A stretch of 64,000 nt of DNA from Felis catus. Lineage: Eukaryota. Position 1 is the stretch's first letter. Each line of letters starts with the position of its first letter. The stretch covers positions 90,956,001 through 91,020,000 of the forward strand of contig NC_058368.1 in NCBI RefSeq assembly GCF_018350175.1, given 5' to 3'. The notes beneath the pieces were generated by a model. The model ran no database searches. It had not been told where the DNA came from and was given only the letters and a program-made list of their open reading frames with translations. Shown here one piece after another: positions 50,301 through 63,826 of this stretch. A program made the translations under genes and the position numbers.

Positions 50301-52648
50301 AGAAATCTTCTATGTGCTCTGTGCGCACCTTGAGTTGTGGCCCCAGCACTCTAGAGTTGACATTCACATCCCACCACATCTGTACACTGGGTATACTTAT
50401 TAGTGAAGCACTTGGTAGAGAATGAGGACCAGCTTCAGAGTCAGGAGCAGCTGTATCCTAACCCTGGCTTTTACCTACCTGGCAAAGCTCCTGCCTCGCC
50501 CTGCTCTTGGTTTCTTCATCTTTGAACCTTCCACACACTCTGAGAACCCATAAAGGCTAGTGCAGTCCCTAGGAGAGAAGGTTCCCCTCACCCTTTTCAG
50601 ATCTCCAGTCTTCTGCAGCTGGAGCAGCCCTTTCCTGCAGGCCATCGTTGGGGAACTTGCCCTTGAGCCAAGCTTTACCCCTCTTCCTGCTCAGACCTGA
50701 GCCCACCCCCAGCCCCACCCTAGGCTTGCCAGCTCTGTGGACCTGTGGGGTGACTTTGGGGACTCCTTTTCAAGCAATTAAATGAGCTGGTCATTATAGC
50801 CATTTTAAAACAGCAGAGTAGGAAGAGCAGATTTCTGGGCAGACAAAGCCGTCTCTCCCAGCTGTGTTAACTGCTTATGTTCTGGAAGAATTCCTGAGCC
50901 CCCAAAGCATCTCTTCTGCTGAGGCAGACACACTCGTTAAGCCTACTGAGAATGTGTGCTCCAAAGAAACTTCCATGCTTTCATAATAGAGGCCATATCC
51001 TTTGACCTTCCCCCCCCAGCACGGGGACAATCCTCTGTACAGTATGTTCTTAAACAATTTTTGTTGAATGAATGATCTCTGTCTGTGCCAGGATTCAGAT
51101 ATTTTTCCTCTTTTCTTTTCTAATTTAATCCAGAAATTGGCCTGGGTTTACCAAAGCCTTGCCAGGGTTTGCAAACAATCAAAGGCATACAAGCTCCATT
51201 TCTCACCAACTTCCAAGAATGTTGGGGCCGTGTGGCAATGGTGAGGAAGGCAGTGGCAGGGACAAGAATGTTTTCTGCTGATCCCCCGGGGGAGGGGGGG
51301 GGGTGTCCTCTCGTGACCAGGCCACGGAGCTGCAAGCTAGCCAGGGCGAAGGCACTGCCCAAGTCCCCATTCACGTGTCTCTGGCTCTGGGTCCTGGGAA
51401 AGAGAAAAACATCTCTGAAACTGGACACTGAAACCTGGTTCTCTTAAGTTGGAGGGAAGTAGGCAGAGCTCCCAGGCAAAAGGGGACACGTTTGGGTTTG
51501 GCCATAGCACAGGGTGGGAGTTCCCATGGCCGCTCAGCAGCTCCCCAGGTCCCGGGGTCTGCTCGTGCCCTGGGCTGCAACAGGGCATTCTGGCCACCAT
51601 TCTGGCTCCTCATGTGTGTCTTACTGGCCTGAGAGCATGGCTCTGTGTGCTTCTAGGAGATAGAGCTATCAGGGTAAGCACTGTGCATGAGGCTGATAGA
51701 ACGCTTAAGAGAGGGTACATGTCATGGCTGACAGAATCAGGCAGGGAGGCATTTGCCCAGGTGAAGGTGGCTGTGGGCAGTACGGGGTGGTGGAGATGGG
51801 GCGACAGGAGAGGGCACGCCCCCCAGAGATCCCCTCCTGGGTCCCCCTCCTTGTGGTCAAGGAGGAACGAGCAGACCTGCTGTTGCCAGCTTTGTTTTTT
51901 TTTTTTCTTCATGAGAAGCTGGAAATCCAAGAGTTATGGGAAATCTAATTATTTTTCAATGTCAACAACAAATTGAAATTAAGACCTCACACTGCACAAG
52001 TGAATCAGAACACGACCGCAGGACACAAGTCTGGCTGGTCATCTGGTGGATGGTTCCTTCTGGCCAGGAAGAAAGGAGGCACGGCCTGCCCTGCTGTGTC
52101 CTGTGATGGGGGATAATTAGTGCCACCTCCCAGTGCTGTCGTGAGCGTGACTCGAGTTAAACACCAGGAAAGTGCTTTTAGCAGAGTGCGGGGCCCATGG
52201 AGGGCATCCCACGAACACGAGCTAGTCCTGGCTTTGTGTTTGTGCATTGGGTGCTCTCTGAACCCTGGTCTAAACTGGGCCTCATTCTGGGCACTGGAGT
52301 ACAGGAGTGAGCAGTCATGTCCCTGTGCTCAAGAAAGTTGGAGCATGGGAGGGGTGGGAGCAAGGAAGAGAAGAGTAATTGTACCCTGGTTAATACATGT
52401 GCTGATTGTGCAAATACAGGGCATTCTGGGTCACAGGGAAAAGTGCCTCAGATGAAGGCCACTTGAGCTGCCCTTAATGCAGAGGCTGGGGTTAATGAGG
52501 AGAGGAGCCTTGTGTATGCCGGTGTTGCTGCAGTGGTAGAACAGCATGTGCAAAGGCCCAGTGGCATTGCCACATCACAGCATGGGGTTGGGCCCCGCTG
52601 GGGTGTATGGTGCTGGGATGAGGCAGGAGATGAGGTTGGCAAAGCCTT

Positions 52649-52869
52649 AAAAAAAATTTTTTTTTTAATGCTTATTTTTGAGAGAGAGAGTGTGTGTGTG
52701 AGAGTGGGGGGAGGGGCAGAGAGAGAGGGAGGAGACACAAAATCTGAAGCAGGCTCCAGGCTCTGAGATGTCAGCACAGAGTCTGATGCGGGGCTTGAAT
52801 TCATGAACCGTGAGATCATGACCTGAGCTGAAGTCGGACGGTTAACTGACCGAGCCACCCAGGTGCCCC
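52649..52869 (-). mobile_element. CAN-SINE within an L2 remnant
   Basis: TSD aggttggcaaagcctt at 52633-52648 and 52871-52886. Confidence 0.92.
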
Positions 52870-54348
52870 AAGGTTGGCAAAGCCTTTTGTCTCAGGCTAA
52901 GGGGCACAAAAGGGGATGATATCTGGGGTCCCTGCCATACTGTGATAGGGGAGTGATGAAGTTAAGGGGAGTGATGAACTTTAAGAGTTTGGGGCTTATG
53001 CCTTCTGTTATTGGAAACGCCAGTGTGAGGTGAGGAGACTGAGTTTTTATGCCTGGCAGCCCCGTGTGAGGAGTCACTCACCTGTTGTCTCTACATTGTG
53101 CCTGGTAGCCTGTGAGTTCACTCTCCTGGACAAGGTCACTGAGGCTCAGTGGCCAGGGCATGGCTAGTGTGGCCAGGGCATGGCAGCTGGGATTCACGTA
53201 CAGGTGGGAAGATGGGCTCTTAGTGGGGACCTGGCCCAGGTGCCTGTCCCCTCCCTGCTGTTCTGGCCTGAAGAACAAGTGCTCCTGAATCCTTGAGGAA
53301 GAGCTGAGGTATGTTCTCACCTTGGATCTCTCTGATCTCCCAACAGCTATTGACATCACTTGCCCATGCCCCGGCCTGTTTTCCATCTACTTTCCCTCTC
53401 CTGGTATTTTCTCTGGACTGTCCTTCTATTGTGTCTTCCTGTTCTCTCTAAGATTTGCTCCCTCACGCAGTCACCCATTCAGTGCATGTTTACAGAGCTC
53501 CTGCCACATGCCAGACACAGCCGTAGGTGCTGGAATGTGGTGGTGAGGAAGCCTGGGCAGCAGCGGTGGGGGGGGGGGGGGGCGGTTTCCTGCCTGCATG
53601 GAGCTCACATCCAGTGAGGGTGGGGTGGACAATAGACAGCCACCCCCCTCCCCAGCAACCCCCCCCCCGCCCCCAGCCATGATGATGTAGGTGGAGAAAG
53701 TTCTAGAGGGGGAGGTACCATGGTCTGGCCTTACCTCCGCCTCTTCTTCCCTGAAGAGTGTGGCACCCTGCCCCCACCCCAGGGTTCTCCCCAACCCCCC
53801 TCCCCTCTCCAGGAGGCCTCCTGACAGCTGATATAGGAGTCTGGGAGCAGCTTGCCCTTGGCCTCCCTGGGGAGAGCTGATGGTTGTCAAAGCGGGAGTC
53901 AGTCATTGTGGACAAGGAGGGCCAGGCATCGTCACTCCTCGGTGACAGCTTGAAGCAGCTGCAAAGCTTGTCTCTGAAGACTCCAGCAAGGGGGTGACAG
54001 CTGAGCCGGGGAAGTGGAGAGTGTGGCACCACACTGGGCTCCTGGTCTGGGCTGGCTTGAGCCATCACTCTCAGCCTGCCCACTCTGTGCTGAGGTACAG
54101 TCGTGGGTCCTGAGGGATCCTGCTCCCCTGCTGCAGGGGCACTTGGTGGTGTGTCTCAGGGGGATTAGGAGTTCATACAAAGGTGTCACATGCTTAATGT
54201 CAAATTCAGAGGGTCTGCTTACCTGATTTGCATGTTCCACACCCAGCAAAGGGCCCAGCATATAGGTGTTGAATAAATGTCTTTTGAGTAAATAAGTTGA
54301 GTGAGTGAATTCTCATAAAGTGACTATGGTCCTACAGACTCCCTTAAG

Positions 54349-54556
54349 TTTTTTTTTAATGTTCATTTATTTTTGAGAGAGAGAGAGAGCACGCAAGCAA
54401 AGGAGGGGCAGAGAGAGAGGGAGACACAGAATCAGAAGCAGGATACAGGCTCTGAGCTGTCAGCACAGAGCCCAACACGGGGCTCAGACTCACAAACTGG
54501 GAGATCCTGACCTGAGCTGAAGTTGGATGCTTAACCGACAGCCACCCAGGCGCCCC
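54349..54556 (-). mobile_element. CAN-SINE
   Basis: TSD cagactcccttaag at 54335-54348 and 54557-54570. Confidence 0.92.
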
Positions 54557-54580
54557 CAGACTCCCTTAAGGCACAGGCTC

Positions 54581-54785
54581 AGGGCGCCTGGGTGGCTCAG
54601 TCGGTTAAGTATCCAACTCTTGATTTTGGATTTCAGCTCAGGTCATGATCCCACAGTTTGTGAGTTCGAGCCCCATGTTGAGCTCTGTGCTGATGTGCAG
54701 AGCCTGCTTGGGATTCTCTCTCTCCCTCTCTCTGCCCTTCCCCTGCTCATGCTCTCTCTCTCTCTTTTAAAATAAACATTAAAAG
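54581..54785 (+). mobile_element. CAN-SINE, head-to-head with the preceding SINE
   Basis: gggcgcctgggtggctcag head, CT tract, aataaa tail. Confidence 0.9.
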
Positions 54786-57486
54786 ATAAAACATAGACTC
54801 TACCTGTCCAGGGAAAAGACATCCCTGTAGCCAAGTGTCCTAATCCCTTCTTCCTTATGACCAAAGCCTTTTCTCCACCACAGATGCTGGAAGTTTGAAT
54901 CATCAGGTCATAGGGATGCATGGGTTTAATTTCAACAGATTTGCTAACTTGCTCTCAAAAGCCTTTGCCCCAGTTCCCACTTGTGCTTCTGTGGGTGTGT
55001 TTCTCAGTTTCTCTGGGCCTCAGTTTCCCCACCGGTAAAACAGGGATAATAACGCTCACTTGCAGAGTGTGGGACGTGAAAGGTAATGACGTGAGGAAGT
55101 GTGTGGTCCAGGTTTTGGAAGGTCACCGCTTACCAACAAGGTGCCACAGTCATTCCTTGGTCGGTGACATCGGCCAAACCAGCCCAGCTCTTGTCCTTGA
55201 GAAGCTTGGCTGTCATGGAGACACGCTCACCCTCCTTCAGTAAGGAGGACAAGGGCCTCGGTAGCCCGGAGGCACAGCCCACACCCTCTGCCTGGCTGGC
55301 GAGAAGGTCACAGCAGAGAGGAGCCCTGAACTACTGCCATTCCCTGCAGAGGATGCCATACCCTTGACTTGTCCCTGGAATTGGAGCTGTTTGGGGGTTC
55401 GGGGCAGGGTGGCCTCAGAGGGATGGAGCTGGCCAGGTGCAGGGAGCTTGGGCTTTATCCTAAAGCTTTCAGACCTAACAGGTTCTAGGCACTGAGGATA
55501 GAACAGCCATAGATGCAGGTGAGCCCCCGGTTCTCGGGCACAGGTGCAGCAGACAGAGAGGACAGCTGACCACCTAACGAGTGGGGGCATTCGAGATGGT
55601 GATAGTGCAGCAGAGGAAACAGCCCGAAGGGGAGCAGCGTCCACGTTAGCACAAGGAATGTGCTCCCAGAGAACGTGGGACACGGACACGGGTCTGGGGA
55701 AGCAAGAGACAGCCAGGTGTCGGGGCGGGGCGGTCTGTGCACTCCTTCCTGCCCACGAGAACGTGTGCCCCCAGGAGCTCTCTCCCTTCGGTTGTGGGCT
55801 CCCTGTGAAGCACAGTGTGCCCTCCTGTCTTCTCGTCTGCCGGTTGGTTCTGGGTGTCTGGTCTGAGCCTGGGCCCTGATGCTTGGCACACCACTCAGCC
55901 TGTGAAGGGCCAGCAGGGGAGCTCAGTGACTCGATCGGATTCTGGTGGTGCAAAGGGCCACATGCTGCACACAAGGCCAAACCGTTTCCTCCCCGTGTTC
56001 AAGGAGGCTCCGTACGTTCTGGGTGTTAGGAATGGCACTAAATGCGAATGAATTGCGTTCTGGGAGGGACATGTTCCCCAGCAGACAAGCCTGGCAGTGA
56101 GTGTAATGCTGGAGGATAGGATTGGACCAGAGCTTCTGGATTTTTCTGGGAGCTCCAAATTCCTCGTGGGCCCCACCTGTGCTGGGAACACAGGTGACTG
56201 TCTAAACAGTTCTGCATTTCTCTGTCTCTTCTGGGTCAGTGCCTGCCTGGCAGGGTCTCTCCCTACCCCTCTGTTATATGGGGACCCCTGGGGCCCTAGT
56301 GACAGTGGGGAGGCTGGCACGAGTCCTCGCCATTTTTGCTGTGAGGTGGGGTCAGGTCTGGCCCCGGGCTTTCTACCTGGGTGGCTCAGGTGTGCTGGGC
56401 CCCACCTGGTCCAGGGGAGGTTCTGTGATGCCCTGTCCACTATGCAGCCTCTCCCAGCCCATAGCCAGCCACCCTCCACCCCAGCCAGTGTAATACAAGA
56501 GCGTCTGGAGCCCACCTACACCCCTCTGGGGCTGGGGGGAGCCAGGCTGCTACTCAGGCCAGTTCGCTCAAACCAGCCTCCACCCCATTCCTCACCTCAC
56601 ACTTAGTGCCACATTGGGAATGGACTCTACTCTCATGATGTGGTCTCCGCTCAGAGTCCAAGTGGGAAGCAGGGCCCATAGCCCTCAGAATCTGTGTGTT
56701 TGACCCTAAAGGTGTGTGGGGAGTAGAAGCAGGGATGGGGCACCATGACCCTGGCTCTGGCTTCCTACCTCTCCCTCAGCTCCTCCCGTGACCTCCTTCA
56801 TCAACCAGGACACTTCCCTCTCCCCTGTTGCTGTCCCCAGGGATTTCCGGTGTGCCACGGCCAGCCTCCTCACGATGGTATCTTCCCTCTTTCTTTCTTT
56901 GGGTCAAAATAGTGATAGGACAGCAGAAAAATGTGAATCACAGTAGGAAGGGAAAAAAAAATCATTGTTTTCCGATGACATCACGATACCCGGTTGGACA
57001 CAGGTGACAGAGATCACGTCACAGGGGTGGAGGTTGTGCCTTTCAGACTCTGAGACAGTGGGGGAGGCGAGGATGCCTCGAGGTCTTGACACGGTGGTCC
57101 TCTCACCAAAAAGCCTCTTCTGGATGAGACTCCGTGGGGGGTTGGGTCCCCGGGGCTGTGTGGTCAAGTAGTGCCAAGGAGCTCAGGAGTACATCAGGCA
57201 GACAGGCGATGGCCCTGGGCTCTCCAGGGCCATGGCAGCTGCCAGCAAGAATCAAGATCCCTGCCTTCTCTCTGCTCCTTCCCTGTCAGGGGCCTCCAAA
57301 CAGTGGCCTCAGGGGGGACACCAGGCCCTGGCCTCCAGCCTCAGCAGAGTATGTCCCTCCCTTGTTCTGTAGCATTACCCCCTTTCTGATGAGTTGCTGG
57401 TCAGTGAGTGGGAAGGTCAGGCCCCACATAGTGGTGTGGCCATCCCTTACCCACAGTGGGGCCTGTCAGGGAGAACCCCCTGATGT

Positions 57487-57489
<3 letters not shown>

Positions 57490-57516
<27 letters not shown>
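57490..57516. repeat. (CA)n microsatellite
   Basis: Direct reading. Confidence 0.95.
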
Positions 57517-57517
<1 letters not shown>

Positions 57518-59204
57518 CCCTGGTGGGCAGCAGTGTGGGCTTTGGAAAATGCCTGGCATGCACTCCGGTGACCCAGAGGAGAGCCCCTGGTGGGCCCGGG
57601 AGTGAAGCCTGGGTGTGTACCATATGCCTGGGGTTTTGCTAGATGCTTTAAGTACAGTGTTGAGGCTGGTGCTGGTAATAGCCTGAGTGATAAGGACCCA
57701 CATCACGGCAGGATGGTGGCTGAGCCCACGCTAGAACCCGTGCAACCCAACAGAGAGACAGGGAAGGTGCAGCTCTGTGCAGTAGTTAGCATCGACAGGA
57801 CTGTCCTAAGACAGGTTTGCTCTTTGTTTGCCTGGTGAGCATATGCTGAGCCTCCGTTGGGTTCCGGGGATCCACCTGCTTGTCTGGTGGGGGAGAAGCC
57901 CTGTCTCCACCCTGGGGACCTGCAGAGGTATCTCCAGTCCCAGCAGAGGGTGGCCTGCCATGGGCCTGGGGGCAGGAACAGTTTGGTCGTCCCTAGAGGA
58001 GTCTTGGCATCTTAGGGCTATGTTCTTGGACTTGGTGTTGAAGGAAGGTTCTACCCACCTCCCATTTTTATTGTACAGTCTGAGCCAGTCCTGCCCATTT
58101 GCATTTCGTGGCAGTTCGATATTTTGAGCAGCAGCTAGCATCGTGTTTGTTCTTGTGTTGCCTGAGATTCCATCATGGAGAAATAAGTGGGGAAAGGAGA
58201 TCTGCAAAGGGATGTTTATTCTCACAGTAAAACCAGGCTTTTGCTGCCCTGTTCGTGTGTCAGGAGATGCACACAGATGAAAACAGTCCTTCCTGGAAGC
58301 CAGCAGAACCCTCTGCCCCAGCTTCCCACGGCACTTTTTTTCCTGCCTCCACTGGGATGGTCCATGCCTACTCCCAAGGGTCCTCAGAGAGACCAGAATA
58401 CCCTAAATACCCCAGGTATTTCAGGGGTCCCAGAGAAGCCACCAAGCATCTTATGAGCCCTGCTTCCTGAGGCCTCATGACAGACTTTTCCGGGCCTGGC
58501 TTGCTCCCCAGTGTGGTGCCAGGAGAAGCTTGTGCTACCCCTCTGATTGCCAAAGTTCAGCTCAGGGGAAGAGGTGACAAGTTTCCTGGAGGTTGGGCAC
58601 AAGGGATGGGAACCCCACCGATGGCTCTGCCTACAGGGAGTCCCATCTCCTGGACCTGTCTTCCCTGCACCCTCCTGTCCCCAGATCCTTCCAGCAGAGG
58701 GGAAAGTCACCTCTGCCCAGCAGGGTTAGGCCACCTGCCAGGGCTCCTTGGTCACCAGGGTGGAACTATGCCACAAAGAAGGCCAGCTTTTACATTATCA
58801 TGCAGAGCCTGTGTCCTTCCTTATTGTCTATTCCAGAACAGAAACTTGGCCGCATCTTTGCATAAGCAAAAGGCACATTACAGTGTATTTCCCCAAACAA
58901 GAGAACCCTTGGCCTCTCTCTGCACAGAGAAGGGCTGCGGCTTTGAACATTTTCCCCTAAGGTTTAAAGATTCCAGGATCAATTTCTCAAGACAGGGCTC
59001 AAGGACACTGTCCTGGCTTCCCCTCCCCCTGTGGTCTGAGCAGAGGAGAGCAGCCTCCCTAGCACACAGGTTTCCAGGAGGGTGGAGTAGGGATGGGGAT
59101 GCACTTGGGAATGTTGCTAGGGTCTCGGTCATTACAGGGCATCATGAGTCCTGCCACTGTCACACATTTCTGCCTATTTCCTATCGTTCCACATTCTCCA
59201 AAGT

Positions 59205-59540
59205 TACTCACCCATTCATTCATTCACGCTACTGGGGACACAGCAGTGAGCAAGGAGGAACGGTGCCTCTCTTATCAAGTGCATAGTCCAGGCTGGGAGC
59301 AACTACTTTAGGGGGTACTGTGAGCTGAGACAGTTGTGTTGGGGGGAAAGCATGAGAAGATAGAAGGCACAACAAGTGCAAAGGTCCTGAGGTAGGGATG
59401 GTCTCTCCATGCAAGATACACAGAGGCCAGTGGCTGGACCACAGTGAGCAAGACCAGGGCAATCTGAGAAGAGCCTGTAGGGCTTTGATTTTATTCTGAT
59501 TTCAGTGGGAAGGCCTTGGAGTGGATGGGAATTAAGCAGG
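59205..59540. mobile_element. L2 3' remnant
   Basis: cattcattcattca end motif; aagtgcaaaggtcctgagg; gattttattctg...gtgggaagg. Confidence 0.6.
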
Positions 59541-62439
59541 AGGGTCACCGCCCCCTCCCTTCTTTGAAACACATTTATTACCATGACTTTGTTTTGTCAG
59601 ATGCTCTTCAGATATTTCAAGAATTCTGGGGCTGGAGAGGGGGAGAGGGAATTCCATTGCACAAGCAGCCAGAGAGGGCAGCCAGGCTTTGCAGAAGGCG
59701 GAGCTGTTGAGATTGGGGCCTCCCAGGCAAAGTAGCTGAAGGGGAACACAGAGCAGCCAGCCAGGGCCAGCTTAGAGAGGGCTGTGAGTGCCGAGTGCCG
59801 AGTGCCGTGCCAAGGTACCGGGGCTGCTCCTAAAGGCAGTGGGGAGCCATTGAGGGTTTCAGGCAGAAGAAGAGGAGGCCAGATCTGCTGAGTGGTGACC
59901 GTCCTGAAGAACGGTGCGTGGGGGGTGTGGGCAGGACAAGAGGCAGAAATGCACTTGGGAGCCCCTGCCGCCTGCCTGCCTGCCTGCCTGGGAGATGGGG
60001 TTGGGGTCAGGGGAGGAGTGGGACGATGTGAGGGAGATGTTTGGAGGCTGTCTTCCGTCTTCAGTGACCCTTTTGCCACGTCTGTCAGCTCTCTGCTTGG
60101 CAGAAATGTTGTAGCTGTGTTCCTATTAAGGAATTTGACTCATCGTTTCCCAATGGTCTCCATGCACAGGAGGGTCCCATTGGCTTCTAGCATCTGTGCG
60201 GGATCTCGTGGGGAATGGAAGGGAGCTGCGCTCCAGGGCTGAGGCAATTTTACAGCCCCCTGAAAAGCTGATGTCACCCTGGGGAGCAGGGCAGGGCCCA
60301 CTCCTCAGACCGGCAGAGGGAAAGGGTGGTGGGTGGCCCTCTCCTCAGCACTGCCCTGCATTCCCTGAGAGGTATCGTAGAGGGAGGCCAGGGCATGGCC
60401 CACTGACTCTCCTAGAGGAACAGACCATGTGGAGAGGTATCCCCCGTGGAAGGGACAGAGGCTTCTTAAGGGAGAAACCATGAAAGGCTCATTGCAGTTG
60501 AAAGCGACTGGGGTCAGGGGGTGGCTGGGGGAGTCTCTAGAGCAGGCCTGGCTGCCAACCTGACCCATGGCCTAGCCTCCTCACTGGCTCTCTGATGGGT
60601 GTGCTTCTCCATAGCCCAGCCCAGCCAATGCAAGCTGGCAGCCAACAGGCGGCTTGGAAGGCAGGGCCTCCCCTGTCCAGTGTCCGCTCAGTGGCCTGAC
60701 ACCCCAGACTCAGGTCGCCTTGCCACCACCCCCAGCAGGATGTGGGCCTCTGCCTCATAGAGCTTAGCACTGAGTGGTGGGGTCCCTGGGGTTCTGGTTA
60801 CCTCCTGTCCCAAATCAGGAGTCAGGGTCAGGCCTGCTCAGTATCCAAGGACATGGGACCCCTTACCCAAGATGCGAGTGGCTACCTTTGGGCACAGTGG
60901 CAGGGGCCAGGGGAACAGGAGGATGCTGGGCCCTGATGGGCAAGATCTGGGCCAGGAACTGGGAAGGGGACCTCCCTCCCTGTAGGAACCAGCAAGCATA
61001 CCGTCACTCAGAACCTCAGCTTACCCTTTGCTCAGGTGGGATTGACCACCTCTCATTCTGGCCTCCAAGGGCTGTTGGGAGCATAAAATGATCTAGATAA
61101 TTCTGTGAACTCAGCCCTGAATCCCTTCCGAATATCAAGGCAGGTTTCCTGTCTTCATAAAGATTGTAACACCACAGGCTTACAGCCTCACCGTGCACTT
61201 GAGGGGCCAGGTCCACTTGGGTTGCACCCCTAGGCCAGCTCTGAGAAGTGCAATTAGAACATGGGCTCCAGAGAGGCACTATCAGGGTGTCAAAGGAGCC
61301 TGAAGCCCCTCATTTTCTGGGGAAGCTCTGAGAGATGACCCCAGGACATTTTTCCTCCCTTACTCCATGCAGAGCAAAGATGGACCACCTCCATTTGCCA
61401 ACAAGAGGATGAGGCCAAGCAGGCCCCAGGGTGTCCCAGGGCTGTATAGGAGGTGCCCTCCCCAATTCTAGTCCACGTCACTTCTGACATCTGTTCTTTC
61501 TCTCCACTCATCCCCAAATCTGAGCCCCACACTTGACACTTCGACTGCTGTAGTGGGCACTTCAATCTATATTCCATAAAGGAGGCAGAGTAATCTTTGT
61601 AAAATGCAGTGTCATTATATTTCTCTCAGGGCTCCATATCCTCTATTGCTCTTTGAACAGAATTGGAATCCTTCTCACTACCTGAATACTTGTGTAGTCT
61701 GACCTCAGAGGCCCTTTGCCCCTGCCCAGTTCTTAGAACACACTTTACTGCCTCTGACCCCCAGGACATTTGCATATGCTACTTTCTTTGCCCAGAACAC
61801 TATCTCTGCTTTGCTGAGTTAACTCCTTCTCATTTCTTATCTCTGAGATGAAATGCCACATCCTTAGGGAGCCCACTAATCATCACTGGGGCAGATTCAC
61901 CATTAATATGCCCTCAATTTCCCTGCCTATCTCTATAGGTCCTCATCAGCATCATCATGATGGTGGAGCTGTTTTTGACAGAAGGCCAGTTCCAGGCTGG
62001 TTACTGAATCCCAAATGCTAACATGATGCTTGGCATGCAATGGGGCCAATAGCTTTCTCCTGGGTCTACTGGGTACCTGCTAAGGTCCGTGGGGAAGGAC
62101 AGTCCAAGGCCAGGCAACTCAGGACCCCGGGGTGGGTGGTGGGCCCTGTGAAAGGCCAGGGTGGCTCAGCTTGAGAAGTCCCATTGCAAATCTATAAGGG
62201 GCTCATTGCTGGACTGGGGTGGGGGGGAGGAGGTTATACACTTGGCAGGATGGACATCTACACACCAAAGCTGATGGGTGAAGAAGAAGGCAGCTATTTT
62301 TTAGTTCTTATATTTGATGCCACCCTCACTCCAGGATTGAAGGGAAAATGTGACCCGGCCCCTGAGAGGTGGCTCAGGCTCAGCCTTCAGAAGGCTTTAG
62401 GGGGAATAGTCAGGTCAGAGGGTAAGCTCTGACTCTGGG

Positions 62440-62740
62440 CTTGCCTTAGCTCAGGCTACTCTAACAACATACCACAGGCTGGGTCACTTCAACAGCACAC
62501 ATTAATTTCTCATAGTTCTGGAGGCTAGAAATCCAAGATCAAGGTGTCAGCCAATTTGGCTCTTAGTGAGGGTTCTCTTCCTGGCTTGCACATGGCCTCC
62601 TTCTTGCCATGTCCTCACATGGCGGGGGACCCCACTTTCATGACATCAGCCAATCCTAATAGCCTCTCAAATGCCCCACCTCCAAATAGCATTATGTTGG
62701 GGGTTAGGAACTTGAGGGGATGCAATTCAGCCCATACCAG
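62440..62740. mobile_element. MaLR (MLT1A/MST-like) solo LTR
   Basis: aacataccacaggctgggt...atttctcatagttctggaggctagaaatccaagatcaaggtg; aattcagcccata end. Confidence 0.75.
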
Positions 62741-63742
62741 GGCTATTCATCTCCTGTCCCTCCTCCCTCAGGGTAGGGGTGGTGCATGGCTTAGCCCCCC
62801 TGCATCTGCACACATCTGTCCCAGCATGCTCTGCCCTGGGCACTGACCCTCCAGGCTTTGGCCCTGCGGTTGGGGTCATTCAGGGTTTATTCTCTCTGCC
62901 GTGGCCACACAACGTCTGCCCCCCTGCAGGACAGCCCTCCTGCAGGACAGCACCCCTGGACTCTCTCTGAAGCCAACCCACAGGCCAGCCCGCAGCTATC
63001 CTGCCCACTATCCCTGGGTCCCCTATGTGTAGTTGGGAGCTGTACTCCATTTGGGCTCTCTGAAGCCACCCCTTCTCCATATGAACCTGTCCCTTCCCAG
63101 GTCCCGGACAGCAGAATCAAGCCCTCTCTGCTTTTGACTTCTTCCCAAATATCAGGGCTATTTTTATGCTCCCTGCCCTGTTCCCCACCCCCAACCCGTG
63201 ACTCGAGACATGGGCTGGAGGTCAGGGGTGGAAGGAGTAAAGTGAAGCCTAGTCATTCCTCTCGGTCTTTCTTCCCCCTTTCCTCCCTCCTGCCCCCTCC
63301 AGCTGCAGCGGGACCTCTCCATGTAACTGCCTTCTTGGCTTCCACACCATGACTTTCAGTCAAAGTCTGTGAGCCAAATTGGCCAGGCTTTGCCTGTGAG
63401 AGATAAAGCAATACTTTGGAGACAAAAACCCCTTTCTCTCTTATAAACTGGCTTTTAGAGCTATCGTCTCACTGTGGACTAAAAAATCTAGTTTGACCCA
63501 CATTTAGGGATGTGCACCCTGCCCCTGTGACCTCATGGCAAGGCTTCCGGCAATCCAATTTAGCGGTGGTGACAAATATGGCATCTTGCTGTTAAGCTTT
63601 GTGAGACAGGGACTGTCATCCGTTTGTGGAGGGCACCGCACAGCGTGGGTGGGTTGACAGCCTCCCCTGGGCTCCACCTTGTCATCTGCAGGTGGTCCTC
63701 AGGCCTGTGGCTCCTGCTGACACCTCCCTGGTTGTCTTTCAG

Positions 63743-63826
63743 GTCAACGAAATCTATCATGACGAGTCCTTGGGGGCCCACATCAATGTCGTGTTGGTGC
63801 GGATAATCCTGCTTAGCTACGGGAAG
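63743..63826 (+). CDS. ADAMTS2: ADAMTS2 next coding exon (probably exon 5), metalloprotease domain
   Basis: Acceptor gttgtctttcag ends at 63742 and donor gtgagt starts at 63827; 84 nt, phase 0/0. Encodes [28 protein letters not shown], directly continuing ...LTLMNI of the previous exon. Confidence 0.96.

Noticed and set aside
52948..53185. Short tandem duplications (ggggagtgatgaa x2; gtggccagggcatggc x2), also ~62925-62955
   Set aside because: Two-copy 15-20 bp slippage duplications, common and not array-like; no CRISPR-type repeat-spacer structure anywhere in the window.
55237..59286. Long ORFs of 206-269 aa (55237..55980-, 55895..56515-, 58477..59286+), also 16505..17257-
   Set aside because: Low-complexity P/G/S/C/W-rich translations typical of GC-rich non-coding DNA; no recognisable domain or exon structure.
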